From IMG/VR virus record IMGVR_UViG_3300020438_000007, positions 62,001 through 126,000 of that record: DNA of 64,000 nt. The stretch is one strand, 5' to 3'. This document shows, one piece after another, positions 8,414-19,349 of the stretch. Numbering within the stretch: the stretch's first letter is position 1; every line of letters starts with the position of its first letter. The notes beneath the pieces were generated by a model. That model saw nothing but the letters and a program-made list of their open reading frames with translations. It had not been told where the DNA came from and ran no database searches. The position numbers and the translations under genes were made by a program.

Positions 8414-8790
8414 CCTGTACCTCCAACGTCAATGCGTTCTTTAATAAAATTCAACTGCTCTTTGGTTAAGATTTTCAACGCTTGCATTGCTTTATCATTA
8501 CTATAACCATAGTATTGTTTCACAACGTCAAGATCTTTGATCTTATCTTTGCGGAGCCAAGGAGAGAATCTCTTCTTCTTCCTGATGCTATTTAGATAAA
8601 AGTGATATTGAAGATCCTTTGATAGGTGATGATTGATATTCATTTCATTAGCAAACATAATACAATCAGTATGTGCTGACATACATTTGTTCACAATGAA
8701 TGGTGGATACTTCTTGATCGCTTCGGGGTCATCCTTCGTAAGATCCTGTTTGGTGAGGTTTACAGAGTTCAACCAGTCTTTTAGTTCCAT
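8410..8790 (-). CDS. gp62: Clamp loader small subunit gp62
   Basis: YPPFIVNKCMS, QYHFYLNSIRKKKRFSPW, YYGYSNDKA; position between gp44 and regA. Confidence 0.92.
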   Translation of the reverse strand: MELKDWLNSVNLTKQDLTKDDPEAIKKYPPFIVNKCMSAHTDCIMFANEMNINHHLSKDLQYHFYLNSIRKKKRFSPWLRKDKIKDLDVVKQYYGYSNDKAMQALKILTKEQLNFIKERIDVGGTG

Positions 8791-8972
8791 TCTTTTTTCA
8801 CTTTAAAGTACATTTTATAGTATCGTCCTTTCATTTCTTCAAGGACTTTCATGTCATCACCAAATCCCATATACTTGAGATTTTGATATGTTCCCTCAAG
8901 GTCACTAATAAGCAACAAAATATTAACGGGAGATATCTCTCTGCCACCGTACTGATATTCTTCAGGTGTCAT
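8781..8972 (-). CDS. Hypothetical protein
   Basis: 63-aa ORF packed between neighbours. Confidence 0.55.
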   Translation of the reverse strand: MTPEEYQYGGREISPVNILLLISDLEGTYQNLKYMGFGDDMKVLEEMKGRYYKMYFKVKKEWN

Positions 8973-8975
8973 TAG

Positions 8976-10118
8976 TCATCGTATGATATCAATCTCGTCA
9001 GGGTTTTTGTTCCAAGTTTCCAACTTGGTTCTTAGTCTTCCGTCTTCTCTGAGCGCTTCGTAGCGACGAGAAGCTTTTTTTCTCCACCAAGAAACAATCT
9101 GATCAACAGAGAATCTATCATAGTTTTCAGCTTTAACCAAAGTATCTTGCTCTCCCAAGATAACTTCTCTAGCATTCTTGAAACCATAGGTAGACATATA
9201 GAAACGTTTCTGTTCAGTTAGATCCTTGGCAGATTTAATCGCAGTGTTGAATGATTCTAGTTTATCTCTATCCTGTAAGGACTTTTTGATAACAGAAATC
9301 ATCTTTGTCTGGATCTTTAGTTTTCTACTAGAGGCATCTTCCTTTACTAAACATTTATTATTATTCCTTGCTATAAACCATTTGTTCAATTCTTGGAATA
9401 TAGAGTCATGTAACAGTGGGGTAAAGTCACTAACAGTCAAACCCTTGTATCTCATGTATGGTTTCAGTCCATCATACTGTGATGATGATTTAGTAGATCC
9501 ATACAATGAAGTAGTTTCAAACAAACAAATATCTGTATTATATTTTGCATTAAGTTCTTCTCTTGCTTGATGAGAACAACATAACATTGCTAAGAGTTTG
9601 CCACCAAGGTAGTTAAAACCAAATGGTTGAGTAGGTACAATGATGAAACCCATGATTGCATGGCGGTTAAACCGACCCAAATCAGGTACATCACCCAACC
9701 AATCATTCCTTGGTTTAGAATTGATGGTGGGAGAACCGAACCTTATGAATCCGATAACCTTCCCTGTGTTCTCTTCTTTAACAATCCACTTGAGTGATTT
9801 GCCTGGGATACAACTTTCAAAAGCATGAGACATTGTGATCTGCAATCTTTCATTGAAGAACTCATTAGTCAATCCACCAGGCTGGCCAGCACTATAAATT
9901 TTAATCCTCATGTCAGAAGGGTGCATATCAAACTTGCCGAAGAGATCATCCTCAGTTGCACCACCACCCCCATCAAAGAACGCTGATAGATCAGAGGGTT
10001 GCTGTGCTATCCTATCTAATTTTACATTACGAAGATATTCATCGATCCTTCCTGTATTAGAAAAGTAATCAATAAATTTATCTGCTGCGTATACAGCTTC
10101 ACTTTCAGTTAATATCAT
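8976..10118 (-). CDS. DUF4338/Mom-like GNAT-fold protein
   Basis: GFIRFGSP, VPTQPFGFNYLGGKLLA, FETTSLYG..SSQYDGL..YMRYKGLT resemble recalled DUF4338/Mom-type motifs. Confidence 0.55.
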   Translation of the reverse strand: MILTESEAVYAADKFIDYFSNTGRIDEYLRNVKLDRIAQQPSDLSAFFDGGGGATEDDLFGKFDMHPSDMRIKIYSAGQPGGLTNEFFNERLQITMSHAFESCIPGKSLKWIVKEENTGKVIGFIRFGSPTINSKPRNDWLGDVPDLGRFNRHAIMGFIIVPTQPFGFNYLGGKLLAMLCCSHQAREELNAKYNTDICLFETTSLYGSTKSSSQYDGLKPYMRYKGLTVSDFTPLLHDSIFQELNKWFIARNNNKCLVKEDASSRKLKIQTKMISVIKKSLQDRDKLESFNTAIKSAKDLTEQKRFYMSTYGFKNAREVILGEQDTLVKAENYDRFSVDQIVSWWRKKASRRYEALREDGRLRTKLETWNKNPDEIDIIR

Positions 10119-10356
10119 CGATCATATAATCAGTCATGGGAGGAGGTGGAACTAAAGGTGCATAGTATCCTCTGGGTGAAATTGGTACTTGCAACATGTC
10201 AATGGTTTCCTCAAACCATCTGTTCATTGATCTTGCCATTTTATTGTATGAGGTTCCAACAAAGAGTTGGCCTACAAGTACAGATGTTGTTGCAGTTCCC
10301 CAGAACAGATAGTAGAATTTGCTTTTAACTTGATGTCGTACTTTTTTCTTAGTCAT
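10105..10356 (-). CDS. Hypothetical membrane protein (start MTKKK)
   Basis: Basic N-terminus followed by a hydrophobic helix; the track's upstream extension overlaps the next gene. Confidence 0.55.
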   Translation of the reverse strand: MTKKKVRHQVKSKFYYLFWGTATTSVLVGQLFVGTSYNKMARSMNRWFEETIDMLQVPISPRGYYAPLVPPPPMTDYMIDDIN

Positions 10357-10573
10357 TTGATAACTCCAGATAAAATTTAGTTTGATCTGTTGGTGCGTTC
10401 TCATAGAATGAGATATCACCATAAGTTTTGTGGTCTTTGTATCCAACCATACGACCTTTCGTATTTTGGATTGCTCCCATCATAGCAATGATCAGGAAGA
10501 CTGTAGGTGGTCCAATGATAAGGGCACCTCCAATCACATAGTAAGTCAGTAGTTCGATTAAATCTGTAGTCAT
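10349..10573 (-). CDS. Small membrane protein
   Basis: TM segment YYVIGGALIIGPPTVFLIIAMMG. Confidence 0.6.
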   Translation of the reverse strand: MTTDLIELLTYYVIGGALIIGPPTVFLIIAMMGAIQNTKGRMVGYKDHKTYGDISFYENAPTDQTKFYLELSND

Positions 10574-11517
10574 TTGAATTCACACTCCACCATAATTTCT
10601 GTTAGACATGCTAACAGGTTAATTTCTTGATCTGCTACGAACGCGATCTGATACTGATACTTAGCAATAATGAGCACAGCAGCAGCAATACTAGGACCTT
10701 CAAGGGACTCAAAAAGAGCATCGTAGATACGACGCAATAGTACAGAAGGATCATTATCCAAGTTATTGACAGCCCACTTACGAACCTCTTTAAAGTTCTT
10801 ACCTTTAAGATTTTTGATAAGGTCATTTATGTTTACCTCAGAAAAACTGGCAAGAATAGATGAATCAATCCTACCACTTGTAGAATGTCGTTGACACTCA
10901 TTAAGAACACGTCTCCAGTCAGGGAAGTGCTTATTAATAAGTTCTACTAGTACCTTGTTATCATATTCAACACCTTCTGTAACCAAGATTTGTTGGAGAC
11001 GTTTGAAGAATTGGGCTGCAATTCCCTGTCTGTCTTTTCCCTTAATTCCGAACTCGACCACTGCACATCTGGAGTGGAGAGGTTCGATGATTCTATTCTT
11101 GAAGTTACAGGTGAAGATGAATCTACAGTTCTTATAAAATGCCTCAATATTCGCCCGTAAGAGGAGTTGTACATCATGGGTTGTGTTGTCAGCCTCGTCA
11201 ATAATGATGACTTTGTGCTTTGCATCCATCCCTTGAAGTGATACGGTCGAAGCAAAGTTCTTTGCTTGATTCCGTACCGTGTCAAGAAATCGTCCTTCAT
11301 CGGACCCATTGATGACATAACAATCAACTCCTAGTTCTGCACATAACGCTTTTGCAACTGTAGTCTTACCAACGCCAGGAGGTCCTGACAACAAAAGATT
11401 GGGAATCTCTCCCTTCTTTAGAAACTCTTTGAATGTTTTCTTTGTACTCTCTGGGAGAATACATTCATCAATAGTTTTTGGGCGATACTTCTCTACCCAA
11501 ATAAATTCATCCCTCAT
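10570..11517 (-). CDS. gp44: Clamp loader large subunit gp44
   Basis: WVEKYRP, GPPGVGKT, IIDEAD, LHSRC (RFC family). Confidence 0.97.
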   Translation of the reverse strand: MRDEFIWVEKYRPKTIDECILPESTKKTFKEFLKKGEIPNLLLSGPPGVGKTTVAKALCAELGVDCYVINGSDEGRFLDTVRNQAKNFASTVSLQGMDAKHKVIIIDEADNTTHDVQLLLRANIEAFYKNCRFIFTCNFKNRIIEPLHSRCAVVEFGIKGKDRQGIAAQFFKRLQQILVTEGVEYDNKVLVELINKHFPDWRRVLNECQRHSTSGRIDSSILASFSEVNINDLIKNLKGKNFKEVRKWAVNNLDNDPSVLLRRIYDALFESLEGPSIAAAVLIIAKYQYQIAFVADQEINLLACLTEIMVECEFK

Positions 11518-11743
11518 TAGTTCCCCTTAAAAGCATTGCTGGTTTGATCAACTCAAGACATTTTTCGGCCGTGGTTAGACCTTTCATTTGTGCTACATAG
11601 TCTTCCCAAGTTGGAAGATCTGTCTCTCCACTCAGGTTAGCAAGTAAATTGATCTCAGCAATCTTCCTAAGAGATTCCTCGTCCATCAAACTGACGGTAT
11701 ATTTTACGAACTCAAGAGCGAGTTCTTCCTTTTTTTTACTCAT
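11507..11743 (-). CDS. Hypothetical protein
   Basis: 78-aa ORF in operon. Confidence 0.55.
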   Translation of the reverse strand: MSKKKEELALEFVKYTVSLMDEESLRKIAEINLLANLSGETDLPTWEDYVAQMKGLTTAEKCLELIKPAMLLRGTNEG

Positions 11744-11745
11744 AA

Positions 11746-11970
11746 TTAAATAAATCCTTTGGATTTTTTCTTTGGTTTGTCTAGAACCTCAATAACTGGG
11801 AGTTCAAACTTATGTGCATTGTTCCACCAATGCTCTTGAACTTCTTCCCATGATTCTACCACAATAGAATGGTCTTTGTAAACTATCTTATAATGATGCC
11901 TGTCATAGGGTTCGTTACTTGTCTGTGAGAAGTAACGTGGATCAGTCTTTTCAATTAAGTTAGTCACCAA
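11746..11970 (-). CDS. Conserved hypothetical protein
   Basis: 74-aa ORF, PYDRHHYKIVY..WEEVQEHWW, KKKSKGF tail. Confidence 0.6.
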   Translation of the reverse strand: MVTNLIEKTDPRYFSQTSNEPYDRHHYKIVYKDHSIVVESWEEVQEHWWNNAHKFELPVIEVLDKPKKKSKGFI

Positions 11971-12122
11971 GTTTTACTGTGTGTGTTGACATCACCTTCA
12001 ACATGATTATGTTGTATCTCATCTATGTGAGCGTGGTCAATAGATTCAATATGCAGATGCTCTAAAGAGTTTGCAATTCTTTCAAGTGCAGATGCAATAC
12101 GATCTGCGTCCATAGTGTTCAT
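11964..12122 (-). CDS. 52-aa His-repeat micro-protein (not in ORF track)
   Basis: Hand translation MNTMDADRIASALERIANSLEHLHIESIDHAHIDEIQHNHVEGDVNTHSKTW. Confidence 0.7.
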   Translation of the reverse strand: MNTMDADRIASALERIANSLEHLHIESIDHAHIDEIQHNHVEGDVNTHSKTW

Positions 12123-12129
12123 AATTTAG

Positions 12130-12663
12130 TCAGATCCAATCTGGTTTTCTGGATGGGTCACGAAGATAATTAGATGCAACCCAAGGTTTGCTCCTAATGT
12201 AACGTTTGTAAGCAGTGAGAGTGTCAATGCTTGTGTCATATTTAAACTCATCTGGTCCTGCAAATGCGTAATCTTGAACGTAACTGTAGCATGTAATCGC
12301 TTCGTCTGCGAACCGATGAAAGATTTTCTTCGCTTCAAACAACGTCTTGCGACATCCATGTTCTTTCCCATAACGATGGGTGTACTCTGTTGACAATGCA
12401 CATCCATGTTGAATCAACCATGCTGTGTTGAACAAACTTTTGCCTGCCCATTGTGTACATGGATGATTACGGAAAGCACCTTTACTTGTTTTGTATGGAG
12501 TACCATCCTTCTTGTGTAGGAGATCATCACCCCAATCAAAATACCAATGTGAGAACACAATGGAAAGCATTTGACATGTTTCCAATGGCATCTTGACCAC
12601 ATGTTTGTCAGGTAATACCTGAGCAGACTTTTGTGGACTGTCATCTGTCACAAAGATGTTCAT
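12130..12663 (-). CDS. Pyrimidine dimer DNA glycosylase / endonuclease V-like
   Basis: MNIF...DKHVVKMPLETCQMLS, HPCTQW, EYTHRYGKEH. Confidence 0.8.
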   Translation of the reverse strand: MNIFVTDDSPQKSAQVLPDKHVVKMPLETCQMLSIVFSHWYFDWGDDLLHKKDGTPYKTSKGAFRNHPCTQWAGKSLFNTAWLIQHGCALSTEYTHRYGKEHGCRKTLFEAKKIFHRFADEAITCYSYVQDYAFAGPDEFKYDTSIDTLTAYKRYIRSKPWVASNYLRDPSRKPDWI

Positions 12664-13124
12664 TCTTCTAACCTCCAGCTCTTCCTCATTGTAACATAAG
12701 TTTCACTTTTGGCAACGATGTCACGAACCTTTTTAAATATGCGAGCAGACTCTGCATACTTACTTGTCATGTGATCTTCTTCTTGTGGTAATATTTCTTT
12801 CGTTCCTTTCTTGTACTTTTGACCTGTATTATGGTTAGCGTATCTTCTTGATCTAGTAAATCCCATCTCTAAAAATTTACGACACATATCCATACCAATA
12901 AAATCCTTACCATCCCTATAATCTAGGTACATGGAAAAGATTTTGTTAGATGATTTTACGGCTTCATCTGGATTTCTAAATCTCCAATGAGCACAAATAG
13001 TGTCAGTATAAGGGCGAACCAATAGTACTCCCTGTTCTCCCCTTCCAATACGATAAAGTTTGCGATTTTCTTCATCTGAAAAATCGAGACTCTTATAATC
13101 GAGTTCATAATCAAATTCTTTCAT
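12660..13124 (-). CDS. DUF4385-family protein
   Basis: YRIGRGEQGVLLVRPY, HWRF, MDMCRKFLEMGFTRSRRYANH. Confidence 0.85.
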   Translation of the reverse strand: MKEFDYELDYKSLDFSDEENRKLYRIGRGEQGVLLVRPYTDTICAHWRFRNPDEAVKSSNKIFSMYLDYRDGKDFIGMDMCRKFLEMGFTRSRRYANHNTGQKYKKGTKEILPQEEDHMTSKYAESARIFKKVRDIVAKSETYVTMRKSWRLEE

Positions 13125-13142
13125 AATAAAATAGTAAGTTAA

Positions 13143-13310
13143 CTAAGCTCTTTTTCTTTTTTGCTTAATTGAAATTACGGATATAATTGCTGCGGTTGCA
13201 AAAACAACTGCGGCTGACGCAAGAAGATTTGTGGGATCAAATAATACGTCGGGTTGTGCTTCCCAAGTGCCTGGCAGTGTGTAGACACTTGGATGTGATG
13301 CAAATAACAT
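13143..13310 (-). CDS. 55-aa C-terminal-TM micro-protein (not in ORF track)
   Basis: Hand translation MLFASHPSVYTLPGTWEAQPDVLFDPTNLLASAAVVFATAAIISVISIKQKRKRA; TAATG overlap with gp45. Confidence 0.65.
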   Translation of the reverse strand: MLFASHPSVYTLPGTWEAQPDVLFDPTNLLASAAVVFATAAIISVISIKQKRKRA

Positions 13311-13985
13311 TAGTCCTCCCATGTGAGATCTGGTTCCAAAGCTATATAGTAGGTGAGGTCATACTCAGATGAGGTAAACTGTGACAAAAGTTTACGAGAG
13401 ATCTTGACATCATATGTGCCTGGAACAATCTTAATGTTTTCTACCTTGAAGTGTAATCCAAAAGTATTAGTAGTTTCTCCTACAACGATAGAGAAATCAT
13501 TTGATGTATCGTTCTTACGATCAGAAACAACCATCTTGATTTCTTTACCATCACCCACAACGGAAAGATCTGTTAGATGGTAGACCGCTGCAGCCTTTAG
13601 AAGACGATCAAGTTGAGAACTCTTGAGAGGGAACTCAACATCTACAGATGGAAGAGTGATTGATTTATCAGGAGGAGAGACAATAACACTTGGATCAGCA
13701 AAGAAATACTTAGACTTCTGTTTACCTTCTTTGATATTGACGAAACTTTGTCCTGTAAAGTTTAATTCTGGATCTTGAAAAAGACCAAGAGAGTTCAAGA
13801 ACTGACTAAGATCATAAACACCAAACTCTTGAGGAATGTCTTCATCAATATTTGCCTCTGCAAGAATGTTTTTCATTACAGAAATAGTTCTCAAGGACTT
13901 ACCTTGCTTGAATAAGATAGACTGATTGATAGAAGCAAAGTTCTTCAACAGGTTAATAGTTCTATCGGAAAGTTTCATAGGAATC

Positions 13986-14002
<17 letters not shown>
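13310..14002 (-). CDS. gp45: Sliding clamp gp45
   Basis: LKNFASINQSI, FGVYDLSQFL, YYIALE; upstream of gp44. Confidence 0.96.
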
Positions 14003-16675
<2,673 letters not shown>

Positions 16676-16753
16676 TGTTTGTTCTTGTCTATGTATACAT
16701 TATAATGGAAGTAGAGATGGAATCAACCACCTCTATGCCAGTTTGTCAACTGG
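16676..16753 (-). promoter_or_regulatory. Early promoter cassette (palindromic upstream box + sigma70-like promoter)
   Basis: CCAGTT-GACA-AACTGG (16753-16738), TTGATT-16-TATAAT, leader ATAGACAAGAACAAACAATG. Confidence 0.65.
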
Positions 16754-16754
16754 T

Positions 16755-19010
16755 CTATGCGATGTAGGTCATGAACTGTCCTAGAACTTTCTTGTTCATT
16801 TTCTTTGCAGAAAGTGATTTCTTGAAAGCGGACTTGATCTGTGCTTTAGTCGCATCTTCTTTCACTTCAAAACTAGAATCAGAGTTGAGTGCGGATGAGG
16901 ATAATCCAAAGTAAGCATGGTATCCACCACCATCAGTGATCATCAGAGATTTTGTTTTTCTCCACTGTTCCATGATGGACTTGTGTTTGTCGTAATCGAA
17001 GTCAACATAACGTCGAACGAAACTGTTGCAATCACGACTCTCAATAACTCGGATGCCAAGGAAGTTGACGTTAGGGAAACGACCCTTGAGTTGATTGAGT
17101 AGGGAAGAGGTCAACTCATAGTATGCGTCTGCACAGTGATAAGTTTTACCATTTGTATCACGAATGAATACGTTACCATGTGTAGTAGAACGTGTTCCTA
17201 AGTATGGTTCTTCACCCGCTCTGTTCTTAAACTCTTTGTGGAATTTAAGAGGATGTGCTTCACCATCAGTAAGAGTGATGCACTGAATTTTTTGAACTCC
17301 TGTTTTCTTTTGGAACTGAGGAATGAGTTGATTCAAAGAGAGAAGTGCTTCATTCAAAGGAGTTCCAGATAAACCCAAACGATGTGGGCACTGGTAAAAC
17401 ATGTGAGATGCCCAACGGCCACGACTGTCAAGACAATTTGTGACTCTCCAGATGTTCATCATTTGAGTTTCTAGATCTCCTTTCTTACAATCACTAGTTA
17501 GAAACTCAACCATTGAAAACATGCCTTCAACATAGAGTTGACCATCTATTTTTTCGTGATGATCTTTAGGATATGAATAACCTCTGTAGTTACCCATCTC
17601 ATCAAACTCTTTCTCTCCACGATTCCACTCATTAGTGAAAGCAAATACTTGGAAAGGAATTTGAACTTTCTTACAGAACCAGATCAAATTGAACAACTGT
17701 TTGATTGTATCCAAGAGAACATTACTCATAGATCCAGACCAATCAAGGACAAAGATAAGTCCATGATTCTTACCGTCAGGTAGAGTGGTGATCTTTTTGA
17801 ATAAATCTTCGTTGTACTTATATGAGTGAAGCTTTGAGCAATCAAGAACACCTGTCTTTGATACTGTAGCACGAGCATATGCGTCAGCAGACTTCTTACA
17901 CTCAAACTCTTTTACAAGATAGTTGACTTCTTTCTGTGCAGAACGACGGAAGAGTCTGTACTCATTGTCAACACTTGCATAAAGATTCAGAGGAAGACGA
18001 TAGTTGTCCGCCTGTTGGATCTCATCATCGTAGTTTTTTTGTTGTTGGGCCCACCACTGTTCAAGGTAAGAATGAACCTCTGCATTTTTAGCATGAAGAG
18101 TTTTTAGATTTAGAGTAGGAATAGTGCAGTACTCAGTATCGTACATACTTTGTATTGCTTTCTTATCATTCAAGTTCTCCAAGTTGTCTGAGAGAGTCTT
18201 GTCAGTGATAGTCTCAAAGTCACTATGTTCTCCACCACCGTAAGGATTGTACTCAGGCTCTTCATACTCAGTAGTATCTTCTCCCAAGTCAGGACGCTCA
18301 TCATCAAACTCTCCTTGGCCAGAAGGAATAGAATCACCCTCTCCTTCTTGATCAGTTTCTTTTGCATCGATAAGATCTTCTAGAGTTAAATCTCCACCAC
18401 CTTGACCCATTGTGATGTTGTCAATGTTTAACGACATCTCAAGTGATTCTGCATTTTGATTCTTCATAAACTCATGAAGTTCAAAAGCAAGATCTAGAAC
18501 CTGATCAAAAGTATCTGTTTTGGATGCAGCGTCACGAAAATATTCTTCATCATAAACAAAAGGAACATCAATAAACTTACCAACCTTATGGTAGATGTTG
18601 ATACGATCAGGAAGATTCATATCTTCAACATCATTCTTCTCTAGTTCAAAGAAATCTTGATCGGAAAGTTCGCTGTATCCCATATAGAATGTCTTGACGA
18701 TACCAGCATACTTACGTTTCATCAACTTCTCAATACGAGCATCCTCAAGGATGTTCACAAATGACATAGGAACATCTGGATATTTTAGTTTCCAGTTCAC
18801 ATTGGGTGTGAATAGTGCATGGCCAACCTCATGACCTACCAGAAGGTCGTATACGGTCGCAGAGGCCTTCTCCCACATTGGAAGGGTAAGAACTCTACGT
18901 TCTACATCAAAGGAGGCTGTAGGGACTTTCTTGTTCTCGATGATTAAATCTTCGGTAGCAAGGAGTTTAGCGAGTTGACCTTTAACTTCGTAATTAACCT
19001 TTGTAAGCAT
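16755..19010 (-). CDS. Metallopeptidase-like + vWA domain protein (CobT-like partner)
   Basis: HEVGH (HExxH), NILEDARIE, acidic linker, MIDAS motif LDWSGSM and TDGE. Confidence 0.82.
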   Translation of the reverse strand: MLTKVNYEVKGQLAKLLATEDLIIENKKVPTASFDVERRVLTLPMWEKASATVYDLLVGHEVGHALFTPNVNWKLKYPDVPMSFVNILEDARIEKLMKRKYAGIVKTFYMGYSELSDQDFFELEKNDVEDMNLPDRINIYHKVGKFIDVPFVYDEEYFRDAASKTDTFDQVLDLAFELHEFMKNQNAESLEMSLNIDNITMGQGGGDLTLEDLIDAKETDQEGEGDSIPSGQGEFDDERPDLGEDTTEYEEPEYNPYGGGEHSDFETITDKTLSDNLENLNDKKAIQSMYDTEYCTIPTLNLKTLHAKNAEVHSYLEQWWAQQQKNYDDEIQQADNYRLPLNLYASVDNEYRLFRRSAQKEVNYLVKEFECKKSADAYARATVSKTGVLDCSKLHSYKYNEDLFKKITTLPDGKNHGLIFVLDWSGSMSNVLLDTIKQLFNLIWFCKKVQIPFQVFAFTNEWNRGEKEFDEMGNYRGYSYPKDHHEKIDGQLYVEGMFSMVEFLTSDCKKGDLETQMMNIWRVTNCLDSRGRWASHMFYQCPHRLGLSGTPLNEALLSLNQLIPQFQKKTGVQKIQCITLTDGEAHPLKFHKEFKNRAGEEPYLGTRSTTHGNVFIRDTNGKTYHCADAYYELTSSLLNQLKGRFPNVNFLGIRVIESRDCNSFVRRYVDFDYDKHKSIMEQWRKTKSLMITDGGGYHAYFGLSSSALNSDSSFEVKEDATKAQIKSAFKKSLSAKKMNKKVLGQFMTYIA

Positions 19011-19087
19011 TTGTTTTCTTGTCTATACACATATGATAATCGATCCTGTGCCAATTACAACCATGAGTGTGCCAGCCTGTCAACTGT
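19011..19087 (-). promoter_or_regulatory. Early promoter cassette, second copy
   Basis: ACAGTT-GACA-GGCTGGCAC, TTGTAA-16-TATCAT, leader ATAGACAAGAAAACAAATG. Confidence 0.6.
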
Positions 19088-19328
19088 CCCCTGACCATCT
19101 TATAGCTGTATCTAATGCTTTCTTTGCAGTATTCTGCATTTTTATAACTTTACTCTCATAGGTAATCGTAAATCCTAGAAGATCTCCTTCGGGATCATTT
19201 GGCATACCTACAGGTTGAACAAAAAATATTCCAGCATGTGCCACTGTTCTCCATTCCATATCAATAAAACCCAACTCTCTTAGAGCACACTCAAGTTTTA
19301 GTGAATGACATCCATCTATTAGTATCAT
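19080..19328 (-). CDS. Conserved hypothetical protein
   Basis: 82-aa ORF downstream of gp46. Confidence 0.6.
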   Translation of the reverse strand: MILIDGCHSLKLECALRELGFIDMEWRTVAHAGIFFVQPVGMPNDPEGDLLGFTITYESKVIKMQNTAKKALDTAIRWSGDS

Positions 19329-19349
19329 ACGGGCCCGAAACCTGTGCTA

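Noticed and set aside
8976-10118. Druantia anti-phage defence system
   Set aside because: Only a DruA/DUF4338-like gene is present, with no other Druantia components, and it is embedded in the phage replisome operon
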